From a candidate division WOR-3 bacterium (lineage in GTDB: Bacteria > Hydrothermota > Tepidihabitantia > SM23-42 > CAYGYG01), in NCBI GenBank assembly GCA_965648915.1, contig CBFGIV010000008.1, forward strand, positions 1 to 64,000: 64,000 bases of DNA, written 5' to 3'. Numbering within the stretch: the first letter of the stretch is position 1; each line of letters starts with the position of its first letter. Below, piece by piece: positions 1 to 8,411 of the stretch. Under the pieces are notes generated by a model that did no database searches, had not been told where the DNA came from, and saw only the letters and a program-made list of their open reading frames with translations. A program made the translations under genes and the position numbers.

Positions 1-1
1 C

Positions 2-1321
2 GGGTTTGTATCGTTTATTGACTGGGTGAAGAGATATTTTTCAAAGTTCAAGTTTGCTCCCTATGTCAGTATGGGGTTGATTCTGCTTTTGCCCGTCATC
101 CCCTTTGCCACCCATTTTAAGTATAAGAACCGCTATGGTAACTGGATACCAAGGGATTTCGGTTATAATATGCTTGCCTGCTGTGAGGACAATTCTCTGG
201 TCTTCACCAATGGTGATAATGATACCTTCCCCCTCTGGTTTGTCCAGGAGGTGTTAGGTTATAAACGTTCAGTGATCGTTGCCAACCTTTCTCTCCTGAA
301 CACCAACTGGTATATCAAACAGTTAAAATACTGGGGCGCACCGATCACATTCTCGGACCGGGTGATTGATCAGTGTGACCGGTGGATCTACCGCACCTCT
401 TACGGCAAATTGATGCTCGTTAAAGATATAATGATCTGGCATATGATCGCCAACAATGCAGGGATCGAGATGGAGGATAGCGACTGGGATAGCAGGCCTG
501 AGGATTTTGCCCGAAAATTTGTCCACGGTCGGAAAGGGAAGATGACGATTTACTTTGCGACCACGGTCTCGGATGATAACTTTGAAGGCTTAAAACCATA
601 TCTCCGGGCAGAAGGCCTGGTCTATAGACTTGTTCCCGATAGTTCGACCAGGAATAATTCAGAGACCGGGGGAATTGAAATTGATATTGAAAAGACTGAA
701 GAGTTCTTCTATAAAAAGATGCGCTATACCACCTTTTTTAATCCGGCAGATTATCCTTTTCTCAGCAAGATCATACCCGATTTCGAGCGCCGAAGGAGAG
801 AGGGTGAATTCCCGAACTATAAGGTCTATAAAGATGAGAACACCAGTCGCCTTCTCACCAATTATGCTGCATCCCTCTTCTATCTCGGTTTTACCTATAA
901 AAATATGGAGCGCATCGATGAGACCAAAAAACTCTGGAAGTGGGCAAACCTCTTTCGACCCCAGGACTATACCTATCTGCACAATATTGGTATGCTCTAT
1001 ATGCACACCGGTGATTTTGACTCCTGTCTTTATTATCTCTTACAATTTGAGCAGAGAGGCTATCGCGATCCCCGCACTTTTTTTACGATCGCCGGTTGTT
1101 ATCAGGCATTGGGCAACATTGCTCGAACGATTGAATACCTGAGGAAGACCATCTCGATTGAACCGAGATTCCGTGAAGCCTATGAGATGTTAACCGCAGT
1201 CTATCTCTCCGGTGGCCAGGTTGATAATGCGATGCAGGTTATCAGGGATTGGTTAAGAGTGGCACCCCAGGATTCTTCAGCCCGGCAGATGCTTGAGGAA
1301 TTGGGTAAGCAGAGACCTTAA
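2..1321 (+). CDS. DUF2723/TMEM260-like membrane protein, C-terminal portion with TPR-like repeats (5'-truncated by window edge)
   Basis: Frame open from nt 2 with no stop before the listed M at 26. The conserved block NGDNDTFPLWFVQEV...NLSLLNTNWYIKQL is typical of DUF2723 proteins. The C-terminal third is TPR-like. Confidence 0.6.
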   Translation, partial: GFVSFIDWVKRYFSKFKFAPYVSMGLILLLPVIPFATHFKYKNRYGNWIPRDFGYNMLACCEDNSLVFTNGDNDTFPLWFVQEVLGYKRSVIVANLSLLNTNWYIKQLKYWGAPITFSDRVIDQCDRWIYRTSYGKLMLVKDIMIWHMIANNAGIEMEDSDWDSRPEDFARKFVHGRKGKMTIYFATTVSDDNFEGLKPYLRAEGLVYRLVPDSSTRNNSETGGIEIDIEKTEEFFYKKMRYTTFFNPADYPFLSKIIPDFERRRREGEFPNYKVYKDENTSRLLTNYAASLFYLGFTYKNMERIDETKKLWKWANLFRPQDYTYLHNIGMLYMHTGDFDSCLYYLLQFEQRGYRDPRTFFTIAGCYQALGNIARTIEYLRKTISIEPRFREAYEMLTAVYLSGGQVDNAMQVIRDWLRVAPQDSSARQMLEELGKQRP

Positions 1322-1343
1322 GTGGGTTCTTCGGCGATTATAT

Positions 1344-1371
1344 TTGACAAAATTTGAGAAATTTATATAAT
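1344..1371 (+). promoter_or_regulatory. sigma70-like promoter (TTGACA-16-TATAAT) upstream of tRNA-Arg
   Basis: TTGACA at 1344-1349, 16-nt spacer, TATAAT at 1366-1371, inside the shared motif aTTTGACAAAATTT. Confidence 0.55.
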
Positions 1372-1417
1372 CGGTAGTCAGGGTGAGTATCTTATAATTG
1401 GCCTGATCTTAAAATTT

Positions 1418-1491
1418 GCGCCTGTAGCTCAACTGGATAGAGCGATGGACTTCGAATCCATAGGCTGCCCGTTCGAGCCGGGCCAGGCGCG
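1418..1491 (+). tRNA. tRNA-Arg (anticodon UCG)
   Basis: Hand-folded cloverleaf: acceptor GCGCCTG/CAGGCGC, D-stem GCTC/GAGC, anticodon stem ATGGA/TCCAT with loop CTTCGAA (U33, anticodon TCG, A37), 5-nt variable loop, T-arm GCCCG-TTCGAGC-CGGGC, discriminator G. 74 nt, no encoded CCA. Confidence 0.85.
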
Positions 1492-1493
1492 CT

Positions 1494-2588
1494 ATGAGAT
1501 GGTCTTTCCTGATTTTTAAGTTTAAGGGGATCGGAGTTAAGGTACATCTAACATTTTTGCTGGTCCTTATCTGGGCTGCCTATAGCTGGTCGATAGAATT
1601 GGGTAAAGGATGGAGGGGCGCTTTATTCGGTATCGTCGCAATTACCCTGCTCTTCTTATCAGTGGTCCTCCACGAATTCGGACACAGCCTTACCGCAATC
1701 AAATACGGTGCTAAAGTCAAAGAGATTACCCTCCTGCCGATTGGTGGTGTCTCCCAGATAGAATCATTACCCGAAGATCCAAAACAGGAATTTAAAATAG
1801 CCATCATTGGGCCATTGATCAATTTTGCTATTGTAACTATCCTGTGGTTTGTTGTCGGCTTTCTATTTAAGTTCAGGGTCATCACCCACTTTGCGGAATT
1901 AAAATTGATCGTTGGTCAGATAAGTTGGCGCGGGATGCTATTTTATCTTATATTTGCCAATCTGATCCTGGGCCTGTTCAATCTTATCCCCGCTTTCCCG
2001 ATGGATGGCGGAAGGGTCTTGCGTTCACTCCTGGCAATGAAGATGAACTATCTAAAGGCGACCAGGCGCGCGGTTTTGATCGGCGAGATTATCGCAATTA
2101 TCCTTGGTCTGTGGGGATTTATGTTTAGCAATTTTTTTCTTGTCCTTATCGCCTTTTTTGTCTTCTTTGGTGCCACTCAGGAAGGGCGGCAGGTAGAGTT
2201 GAAGACCGCCCTTAAAAGAATCATAGTTGAGGAGGCATATTCCAAGAATATCCAAATTCTTGCTCCGGATGATCCAATTGCTAAGGCGATAACCCTCTCC
2301 CTCCACAGTTTCCAATCAGATTTTCCGGTCATTCAGGAAGGCAGGGTTGTAGGGATCCTGACCAAGACCGAGATCCTCTCGGGTGTCCACAAGCATCATC
2401 CTCAGATCCCGGTTGCTCAGGTTATGCGCAGGGATTTTCAGATTGCATCACCCGGTGATTCGTTGTTCGATATTCAACAGAAGATGGCTGATAAACGCCT
2501 GAGTGCAGTCCCGGTAGTTGAAAAAGGTACCCTTTTGGGACTACTAACCCTTGAGGATATAAACGAGGCATATCGACTCCTGGCGTAG
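1494..2588 (+). CDS. M50 family (site-2 protease-like) zinc metalloprotease with C-terminal CBS domain pair
   Basis: HEFGHSL zinc motif in a TM helix, multiple TM segments, C-terminal CBS-pair-like region. The ATG lies 2 nt after the tRNA 3' end, so the true start may be downstream. Confidence 0.8.
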   Translation: MRWSFLIFKFKGIGVKVHLTFLLVLIWAAYSWSIELGKGWRGALFGIVAITLLFLSVVLHEFGHSLTAIKYGAKVKEITLLPIGGVSQIESLPEDPKQEFKIAIIGPLINFAIVTILWFVVGFLFKFRVITHFAELKLIVGQISWRGMLFYLIFANLILGLFNLIPAFPMDGGRVLRSLLAMKMNYLKATRRAVLIGEIIAIILGLWGFMFSNFFLVLIAFFVFFGATQEGRQVELKTALKRIIVEEAYSKNIQILAPDDPIAKAITLSLHSFQSDFPVIQEGRVVGILTKTEILSGVHKHHPQIPVAQVMRRDFQIASPGDSLFDIQQKMADKRLSAVPVVEKGTLLGLLTLEDINEAYRLLA

Positions 2589-2714
2589 GTATCGGTCAGT
2601 AGATTCTTTCAATTAAATAGTTACAAAATCATTCACGACCACCAACTAATCAACCCATTCAATTGCTCAAATCTCACAAATCAATAAAAAATTAATTTTT
2701 TTAATAAATATTAG

Positions 2715-2742
2715 TTGACAAATTGAAAATATTAAGTATAAT
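2715..2742 (+). promoter_or_regulatory. sigma70-like promoter, probably leaderless transcript for the DUF2089 operon
   Basis: TTGACA 2715-2720, 16-nt spacer, TATAAT 2737-2742. The ATG at 2749 is only 6 nt downstream and there is no SD. The flank 2590-2740 is very AT-rich. Confidence 0.5.
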
Positions 2743-2748
2743 TGAGTT

Positions 2749-3129
2749 ATGAATAAAAAAATATTATTCTGTCCATTATGTAATGAGATGTTAAAAATAA
2801 GTGAATTAAAATGTTCAAAATGTAATATAACTCTTCGTGGTGACTTCTCGGGTTGTGAATTCTGCAGTCTAACTCCTGAAAATAGAGAGTTTTTAAAGAT
2901 ATACCTGAGATGTGAAGGGAATATCAAGAAGATTGAGAGGATTCTCGGGATATCCTATCCAACTGTGAAGAGCAAGATAGATAGTCTATTGTCGGCACTA
3001 AATCTCAACCCAGTCGAAGTTGAGGCAGATGGGGATATCTTTGATGCCATTGGCCAGGGTAAGATTTCAGTAGACGAGGCGGTCCAGATCTTGAAAGAGA
3101 GGAAGAGAAAGTCTCAGGAGGTTTTATGA
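2749..3129 (+). CDS. DUF2089-type protein (N-terminal Cys4 zinc ribbon CPLC...CSKC plus C-terminal HTH-like region)
   Basis: CxxC-x8-CxxC ribbon, EF/CS motif and HTH-like tail as seen in DUF2089. The 5' half is only about 28% GC. Confidence 0.6.
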   Translation: MNKKILFCPLCNEMLKISELKCSKCNITLRGDFSGCEFCSLTPENREFLKIYLRCEGNIKKIERILGISYPTVKSKIDSLLSALNLNPVEVEADGDIFDAIGQGKISVDEAVQILKERKRKSQEVL

Positions 3130-3296
3130 AAGGATACTATAAGGTCATTTGCCCGGTATTTATTATTATACTGGGCCTGCTGATATGGTTATCAAAATTG
3201 GGTATGATATCTATCGTCTGGCGGAGGGATTGGCCATTAATCATTGTTGCGATCGGCCTTATTCAGTTATTAGCGATCATATTCAAAAGGGCTTAG
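3126..3296 (+). CDS. 56-aa two-TM membrane protein with PspC/LiaI-LiaF-TM-like motif RDWPLIIVAIGL (not in the supplied ORF track)
   Basis: ATG at 3126 overlaps the upstream stop (ATGA). Translation is MKGYYKVICPVFIIILGLLIWLSKLGMISIVWRRDWPLIIVAIGLIQLLAIIFKRA. It is paralogous to the ORF at 4138-4329. Confidence 0.55.
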   Translation: MKGYYKVICPVFIIILGLLIWLSKLGMISIVWRRDWPLIIVAIGLIQLLAIIFKRA

Positions 3297-3318
3297 AACG
3301 AAAAGATGGAGGTGTTGA

Positions 3319-4119
3319 TTGAGCGAGAGTGAAAGAATGAAGATATTAAGATTGCTCGAGGAAGGAAAGATAACTGCCGAAGAGGCGGCCCGGCTCCTTG
3401 AGGCCCTGAGTGTCGGTGAATCACGGCGGAGGCACCGGGGGATCGGAATCGACCTTTCTGATATCTTCGAGATCCCAGATATTGTCTTCAAGTCGATGCG
3501 TTTTGCCCATCCGTTCTTCCAGACTGATGAAGAGTCCAGGAATGAGTTTAGGTTAAAGAAGCAAGTATCTTTGAAAGGGGTCTCGGGTGACATTGAAGTC
3601 GTCGGGAGTGATAACGGGAAGATTATTGTCGAAAGGCGTGGTCTGGGTTATGTCTCTGAATCTGACGACGAGTTGAAGATCAAGATGATCAGCGGTAATT
3701 TCAAAATAACATTGCCGAGGTCAACCGAGGTTAATATCTCAGGTGTTTCTGGTAATATCATCTTAACCGATATGGAAAATCGGGTTACACTTCATACCGT
3801 GTCCGGAAATATTATCGGCAAGAGATTGAAGGGCGAAATCTTTGGTAAGGTCGCCTCGGGTGATGTCCAAATTGAATTATTAAGCATCAAGACGCTTGAG
3901 ATTAAAGGCACAAGTGGTGACCTGAGGCTCTTTATCGGGCCGCAGGTTGAAGCCCACATCGAACTCTATTCTCATCACGGGCTGGTTGAATGTGATCTTC
4001 CGCTTGATGTCAAAGAGCAAAGGGATAATTATCTAAGTGGTGTCTACCAGAGTGAAAAAGGGAAGATCTATATCGAATCGCACGACGGCGATATCTATTT
4101 GAAAAAGATCCAGGCTTGA
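3319..4119 (+). CDS. DUF4097 (YvlB/LiaG-like putative beta-helical 'adhesin' domain) protein with N-terminal EEGKITAEEAARLLEAL helix
   Basis: TTG start 6 nt after GGAGG (3308-3312). The N-terminus matches B. subtilis YvlB-type proteins. Repeated SG(D/N)I beta-strand motifs are typical of DUF4097. Confidence 0.65.
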   Translation: MSESERMKILRLLEEGKITAEEAARLLEALSVGESRRRHRGIGIDLSDIFEIPDIVFKSMRFAHPFFQTDEESRNEFRLKKQVSLKGVSGDIEVVGSDNGKIIVERRGLGYVSESDDELKIKMISGNFKITLPRSTEVNISGVSGNIILTDMENRVTLHTVSGNIIGKRLKGEIFGKVASGDVQIELLSIKTLEIKGTSGDLRLFIGPQVEAHIELYSHHGLVECDLPLDVKEQRDNYLSGVYQSEKGKIYIESHDGDIYLKKIQA

Positions 4120-4137
4120 AAGTATTTCTAAGAGAGT

Positions 4138-4329
4138 ATGTTATCAGGAGGTTCTATGGGCTGTAGCCTTTTCTGGGCAATTCTTTTGATCATCATTGGA
4201 TTATGGATCTGGGCTTCGAATCATAACATCATCCAATTCCGTTTCAGTCGTGACTGGCCCTTGATTCTGATTGCCATCGGCATCTATCTACTTTTTTCCC
4301 TCAAGCGCAAGAAGATATTTATCCGATAA
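4138..4329 (+). CDS. small two-TM membrane protein, PspC/LiaI-LiaF-TM-like (paralog of 3126-3296); possible alternative start 4156
   Basis: Shares the motif GLWIW.S...RDWPLILIAIGIYLL with the 3126 ORF. AGGAGG at 4146-4151 would favour the ATG at 4156. Confidence 0.55.
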   Translation: MLSGGSMGCSLFWAILLIIIGLWIWASNHNIIQFRFSRDWPLILIAIGIYLLFSLKRKKIFIR

Positions 4330-4359
4330 GCGATTTTGGTCTAAGAAATCGGTTCGGGT

Positions 4360-5370
4360 CTATCTCCTCTCCTGCCTTCGGAAATCGAGATTCATTTCCG
4401 GATCGGTTTTAATTGTTCCAGTCTTGGGAAAGAGATCGAGATGGACAACAGCATCCCGGTAGACCAGAACTGAACCTATACCATCTTCGGTATCGATCCG
4501 GAAGAGTCGTCCCAGTCCAGGTGTATCTTTCTGTTCAAAATCACCGTCTTCAAGATCTTTGAGAAATTCTTCAATTTCAGCTTCGGTGACTGAGGCCTTT
4601 TCTGCCTGGATTGCATCGAGGGCATAGGATTTCAGCAGTTTTTCCCAGAGTTTACTTAAAAGGGTGTGGTTGGCGAAAAGGTCGATACATACTATTCGGT
4701 CCCCCACCGTTACCACTACGCCGATCGTTGAATTTGAAAGGTGGGGGAGACTGGCAAATTTACGGATATAGGGATCGGTCTGTTTCTTGACTTCCGGGGC
4801 GCGATAGACATCTTTCAATGCCTGTGTCGGAGCACTGACCCTGAGTCGACTCTGAGCCCCGGCAATTTCCTCCCAGACCTCGGACTGGCTTTCCGAAACT
4901 TTTGCGCGCTGGCGCAGTGCCCCGGGTGCGGCGAGCTCTTCAGTCTTAAATTCTTTACTGACTTCGGTCCAGCGTCCATGTTCGGTGCAATAGACCGGTA
5001 ATGATATCCATTCACTATTTGGCGGCAGGAGGATATCCTCTTTAATCATTCGATCCTGTTTGGCACCAACAATAACCTCCCCAGTCATAAGGAAGATTTT
5101 GTGATTGCTGATGTTTTTTACCTGGACCTCATTGACACTGCCGGAACCGGTCTCTTTTATCTTTAGATAACCGTGTTTGATGCCTTCGTCGAGGGTAATG
5201 TACCTGGTGCGATCCAATGTCCTGGTGAGATTCAATGGAAAGATCCTGAGGTTCTGGTAAGTTAATGGCCTGCCAATTCTTATGTGATTCAGGTAATTTG
5301 ATACCTCCTCGCTGTCCGGATAGGCAAGCGCGCAGATGATCGGGATCAAAATTAGATATTTTAGTCTCAT
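4360..5370 (-). CDS. secreted hypothetical protein (signal peptide MRLKYLILIPIICALA), family not recognised
   Basis: Start moved to the internal ATG, which has AAGGAG 5 nt upstream. N-terminal signal peptide. No motif I can assign. Confidence 0.5.
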   Translation of the reverse strand: MRLKYLILIPIICALAYPDSEEVSNYLNHIRIGRPLTYQNLRIFPLNLTRTLDRTRYITLDEGIKHGYLKIKETGSGSVNEVQVKNISNHKIFLMTGEVIVGAKQDRMIKEDILLPPNSEWISLPVYCTEHGRWTEVSKEFKTEELAAPGALRQRAKVSESQSEVWEEIAGAQSRLRVSAPTQALKDVYRAPEVKKQTDPYIRKFASLPHLSNSTIGVVVTVGDRIVCIDLFANHTLLSKLWEKLLKSYALDAIQAEKASVTEAEIEEFLKDLEDGDFEQKDTPGLGRLFRIDTEDGIGSVLVYRDAVVHLDLFPKTGTIKTDPEMNLDFRRQERR

Positions 5371-5465
5371 TTTAGCTCCTTTTATTTGATTATACAATCA
5401 GGTTTGATAAAAATTCCCTGAAAAATATCTCTCCACTCGCAGGGCCATCAGGTGTTTTAATATCA

Positions 5466-5493
5466 TTGACGGAGCGATTTTTTTTATTATAAT
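5466..5493 (+). promoter_or_regulatory. sigma70-like promoter for the lipoprotein gene pair
   Basis: TTGACG-16-TATAAT, followed by AAGGAG 7 nt before the ATG at 5517. Confidence 0.45.
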
Positions 5494-5516
5494 ATACCAT
5501 CATAAAGGAGCCGATT

Positions 5517-6062
5517 ATGTTAAAACGGTTTTTTCTTTTTTTAAGCTTTGTTGCAGTTATGCTCAATCTCAATTGTCGGTGTGAGAAAGTGGGCGAAAGG
5601 ATTGCTGAGCGGATGGCGGAAAAGGCAATCGAAAAGAGAAGCGGGGAAAAGGCGAAGGTTGATATTGAAAAAGAGGGCGGGAAGATCACCATCGAAGGCG
5701 AAGAGGGCAAGACGAAGATTTCAGTCGGTGAAGGTGCTGATCTGAGCGGTTTACCTCCGGAAATCATCTACCCGGGTGCAGTTGCCAGCGGGGTTGTCAG
5801 GACGGAAAACGAAGAACAGAAGGCAGTCAGTGTTTACTTCAAGACCAAAGATGATTTATCGACGATTGAGAACCACTACTCAAATACACTTAAAGCGCAC
5901 GGTTTTACCCAGAAGACGAGATGGGATGCGACCCAGGATAAAGCACGGATTGTGACCCTGCTTTTAGAAAAAGAGAATAAGAAAGCCACGGTTGTTATTA
6001 AGAAGGAAGAAGGCACGGCCGAGACAGAAATCAGTGTTGTTTTTGCTGAAGAGAAACAATAA
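5517..6062 (+). CDS. hypothetical lipoprotein/secreted protein (Glu/Lys-rich linker)
   Basis: Hydrophobic N-terminal signal ending in a Cys; low-complexity EK-rich region; no recognisable domain. Confidence 0.45.
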   Translation: MLKRFFLFLSFVAVMLNLNCRCEKVGERIAERMAEKAIEKRSGEKAKVDIEKEGGKITIEGEEGKTKISVGEGADLSGLPPEIIYPGAVASGVVRTENEEQKAVSVYFKTKDDLSTIENHYSNTLKAHGFTQKTRWDATQDKARIVTLLLEKENKKATVVIKKEEGTAETEISVVFAEEKQ

Positions 6063-6068
6063 TAGCGA

Positions 6069-6632
6069 ATGAAGCCGAGGTTACCGGAATATTCTCTATT
6101 ATTTTTTATTACGGTATTGCCTTTACTAAACTGTGGCGATTATGCGGCAAAGAGTGGTTTCAATAAAGCAAAAGAACTCGAAAGGCAGCAGAAATTCCGG
6201 ATGGCAATCGAAAAGTATGAAGCGGTTGCCCGGAAATATCCGAATACTCAATTTGGAGATTCGGCACGGATTGCTTCAAAGATATTGACTTCGCCCCAGT
6301 TCATAAGTGATTATGTGAGGAACCGTCTGAAACAGGGGATAAGGCCTGAGGAGGCACTGGGTGAATTCTCGGGGTTGAAGATTATCTGGCTGGCCAAACC
6401 CATCAAAGGTTGTGTTCGTAAAGAACTCGAAGGGCAACCGATTGAGTTCAGAACCGGCACTGCCGGATTTCTCGGTATTGCCTCATACGGCATGGATGCA
6501 TTAAAGTTTAAATGGTTCTGCACTTCGAACGAAGAACAGTTGCTCACCATCGAAGGTTCAATAATAAAGGCAACGACGATACCCGAACTCCCTCTGGTCA
6601 TCGGTGTCAATGCGATTGCAAGACAGAATTAA
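6069..6632 (+). CDS. hypothetical lipoprotein with short BamD/YbgF-like TPR segment
   Basis: Lipobox-like LLNC; segment AKELERQQKFRMAIEKYEAVARKYPNTQFGDSA. Confidence 0.45.
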   Translation: MKPRLPEYSLLFFITVLPLLNCGDYAAKSGFNKAKELERQQKFRMAIEKYEAVARKYPNTQFGDSARIASKILTSPQFISDYVRNRLKQGIRPEEALGEFSGLKIIWLAKPIKGCVRKELEGQPIEFRTGTAGFLGIASYGMDALKFKWFCTSNEEQLLTIEGSIIKATTIPELPLVIGVNAIARQN

Positions 6633-6645
6633 CCACTAAGGATCG

Positions 6646-7074
6646 TTAGATCGATCGATCTGTCTCTTTCTTTTCTGAGATCTCGATCGAATTTCCTTCA
6701 AGATCTTTGATAAAATAGACCATATGGTCTTTATGGAATGTCCGGTTAACTGGTAGACCAAGATCTCGGGCTTGATTAACGATCTCTTCTGGTTGGGCAA
6801 TCTTGAAAGCGATATGGTGAAGGCCGTTAACTATTTCGGGTTTACCTGATTCTGTTTTAAGGAGTCTGATTAATTCAATATTGATATTCTCAGCCTCAAG
6901 TACCCATACTTCAGCCGGGTATTCAACTCCGAAGAGATCTTTTATATTTTTTGCTTCGACCGTGAAGTGGTGGTGACGTTTCATACCTAATACGGTTTCG
7001 TAGAAGTCAAGCATTGCTTTCAGGTTGTTGACAAAGATCCCGATATGATTTACCATCCCGACAATTATACTCAT
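6646..7074 (-). CDS. VOC/glyoxalase-bleomycin resistance family protein
   Basis: VNHIGIFV...GLHHIAFKI...EGN.IEI pattern of paired beta-alpha-beta-beta-beta modules; start uncertain between M1 and M7. Confidence 0.65.
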   Translation of the reverse strand: MSIIVGMVNHIGIFVNNLKAMLDFYETVLGMKRHHHFTVEAKNIKDLFGVEYPAEVWVLEAENINIELIRLLKTESGKPEIVNGLHHIAFKIAQPEEIVNQARDLGLPVNRTFHKDHMVYFIKDLEGNSIEISEKKETDRSI

Positions 7075-7115
7075 CCACCGGGAATAATCAAGGGTAGAAT
7101 GATCTGCTTTTATAG

Positions 7116-7150
7116 TTGACTTTTAATCAATTCAGAATAGAATTATTCTG
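7116..7150 (+). promoter_or_regulatory. promoter (TTGACT-16-TAGAAT) overlapped by inverted repeat CAGAATA-gaat-TATTCTG (candidate operator)
   Basis: -35 at 7116-7121, -10 at 7138-7143, inverted repeat 7133-7150, AAGGAGG at 7154-7160 before the ATG at 7165. Confidence 0.45.
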
Positions 7151-7164
7151 CTTAAGGAGGCAAG

Positions 7165-7905
7165 ATGGGCCTGCTGGTCTTTATTATAATTTTTTTGCTG
7201 ATTATAATATTGAGTGCGGTTAAGATATTAAGAGAATACGAGAGGGGAGTTGTATTTCGACTGGGTAGATTTATTGGGGTGAAGGGCCCGGGTTTAATAT
7301 TTCTGATCCCTTTAGGCATTGACCGAATGGTAAAGATTAGTTTGCGAGTGATAACGATGGATGTTCCACCTCAGGACGTAATTACCAAGGATAATGTCTC
7401 GGTCAAGGTGAATGCGGTAACCTATTTCCGGGTTTTTGATCCCGCCAAATCGATACTTGAAGTTGAAGATTATTTATATGCAACCAGCCAGATTGCTCAG
7501 ACGACTCTGCGTAGTGTCCTGGGAGAGTATGAACTGGATGATCTTTTATCCCAGCGTGAGAAGATTAATCTGAGACTGCAAAAGATAATCGATGAGCAGA
7601 CCGACCCCTGGGGTGTCAAGGTTTCGACGGTGGAAATTAAGCATGTCGATCTGCCTCAGGAGATGCAACGGGCGATTGCACGCCAGGCTGAGGCAGAGCG
7701 GGAAAGAAGGGCAAAGGTTATTCATGCCGAAGGCGAGTTGCAGGCGGCGCAAAAGTTACACGAGGCAGCAACAATTATTGGCCAGACCCCGGTAGCGGTT
7801 CAATTGAGATTTCTCCAGACCTTGACCGAGGTGGCGACCGAAAAGAATTCAACGACCATCTTTCCGGTGCCGATCGATCTCCTGACACCATTTATTAAAA
7901 AATGA
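7165..7905 (+). CDS. SPFH/band-7 (stomatin/paraslipin-like) membrane protein
   Basis: N-terminal TM segment then the conserved SPFH core ([19 protein letters not shown]...) and a coiled-coil AQAEAERER tail. Confidence 0.85.
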   Translation: MGLLVFIIIFLLIIILSAVKILREYERGVVFRLGRFIGVKGPGLIFLIPLGIDRMVKISLRVITMDVPPQDVITKDNVSVKVNAVTYFRVFDPAKSILEVEDYLYATSQIAQTTLRSVLGEYELDDLLSQREKINLRLQKIIDEQTDPWGVKVSTVEIKHVDLPQEMQRAIARQAEAERERRAKVIHAEGELQAAQKLHEAATIIGQTPVAVQLRFLQTLTEVATEKNSTTIFPVPIDLLTPFIKK

Positions 7906-8411
7906 TGTCGACCGTTGTTAATTGCTACTGGAAGATAGATGAGGATCGGGATCGGATCATAACCGAAGTCGAAAGTGTTCTGAGTGAGATTTATAAACTG
8001 AAGTTGGTTAGAAAAGGGGCGATGATAATCAGCCCTGAAAGTTATGATCAACGGCGCAGTCAGTATCTGGCTTCAAAAATAATAAAAGATTTACGACTGG
8101 AGTCAGAGGATGATGGTTATCGTCTGGTTCTGGTTGATGTCGACCTCTATGCTCCGGGTTTGAATTTTATCTTTGGTCAGGCCGACCAGTTAGACTTGAT
8201 CGCAATTGTTTCATTATTTCGCTTAAAAGGCGACCGGTTATTATCCCGGCTCAGGACCGAGGTTGTCCATGAGATCGGCCATCTTATGGGGCTCGACCAT
8301 TGTCGATCGCGGAAATGTGTGATGTTCTTTTCCAATTCAATCATCGATACCGATTATAAAGGAGAGAGGCTCTGCTCCTTTTGTCGCCGGAGGCTTAATG
8401 GCACATTATAG
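7902..8411 (+). CDS. amzA: archaemetzincin (M54 zinc peptidase)
   Basis: [12 protein letters not shown]....KCVMFFSNS...C.FC signature (HExxHxxGxxHC plus Cys4). Overlaps the band-7 stop (ATGA). Confidence 0.8.
   Translation: MMSTVVNCYWKIDEDRDRIITEVESVLSEIYKLKLVRKGAMIISPESYDQRRSQYLASKIIKDLRLESEDDGYRLVLVDVDLYAPGLNFIFGQADQLDLIAIVSLFRLKGDRLLSRLRTEVVHEIGHLMGLDHCRSRKCVMFFSNSIIDTDYKGERLCSFCRRRLNGTL

Noticed and set aside
630-1142. Internal ORFs (630-1142 plus; 659-1006 minus) inside the DUF2723-like gene
   Set aside because: Alternative frames of a gene with a conserved, motif-bearing product; no start-site support.
2061-2070. 10-nt match (CCAGGCGCGC) to the tRNA-Arg 3' end, considered as an attR-like direct repeat bounding an island
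   Set aside because: It is only 10 nt, GC-rich, and lies inside the conserved M50 protease coding sequence; there is no integrase nearby.
5548-5745. Highly basic 65-aa ORF (KRRR-rich) resembling a ribosomal-protein-like peptide
   Set aside because: It lies in an alternative frame of the Glu/Lys-rich lipoprotein gene; the charged repeats arise from frame-shifting GAA/AAG-rich codons.
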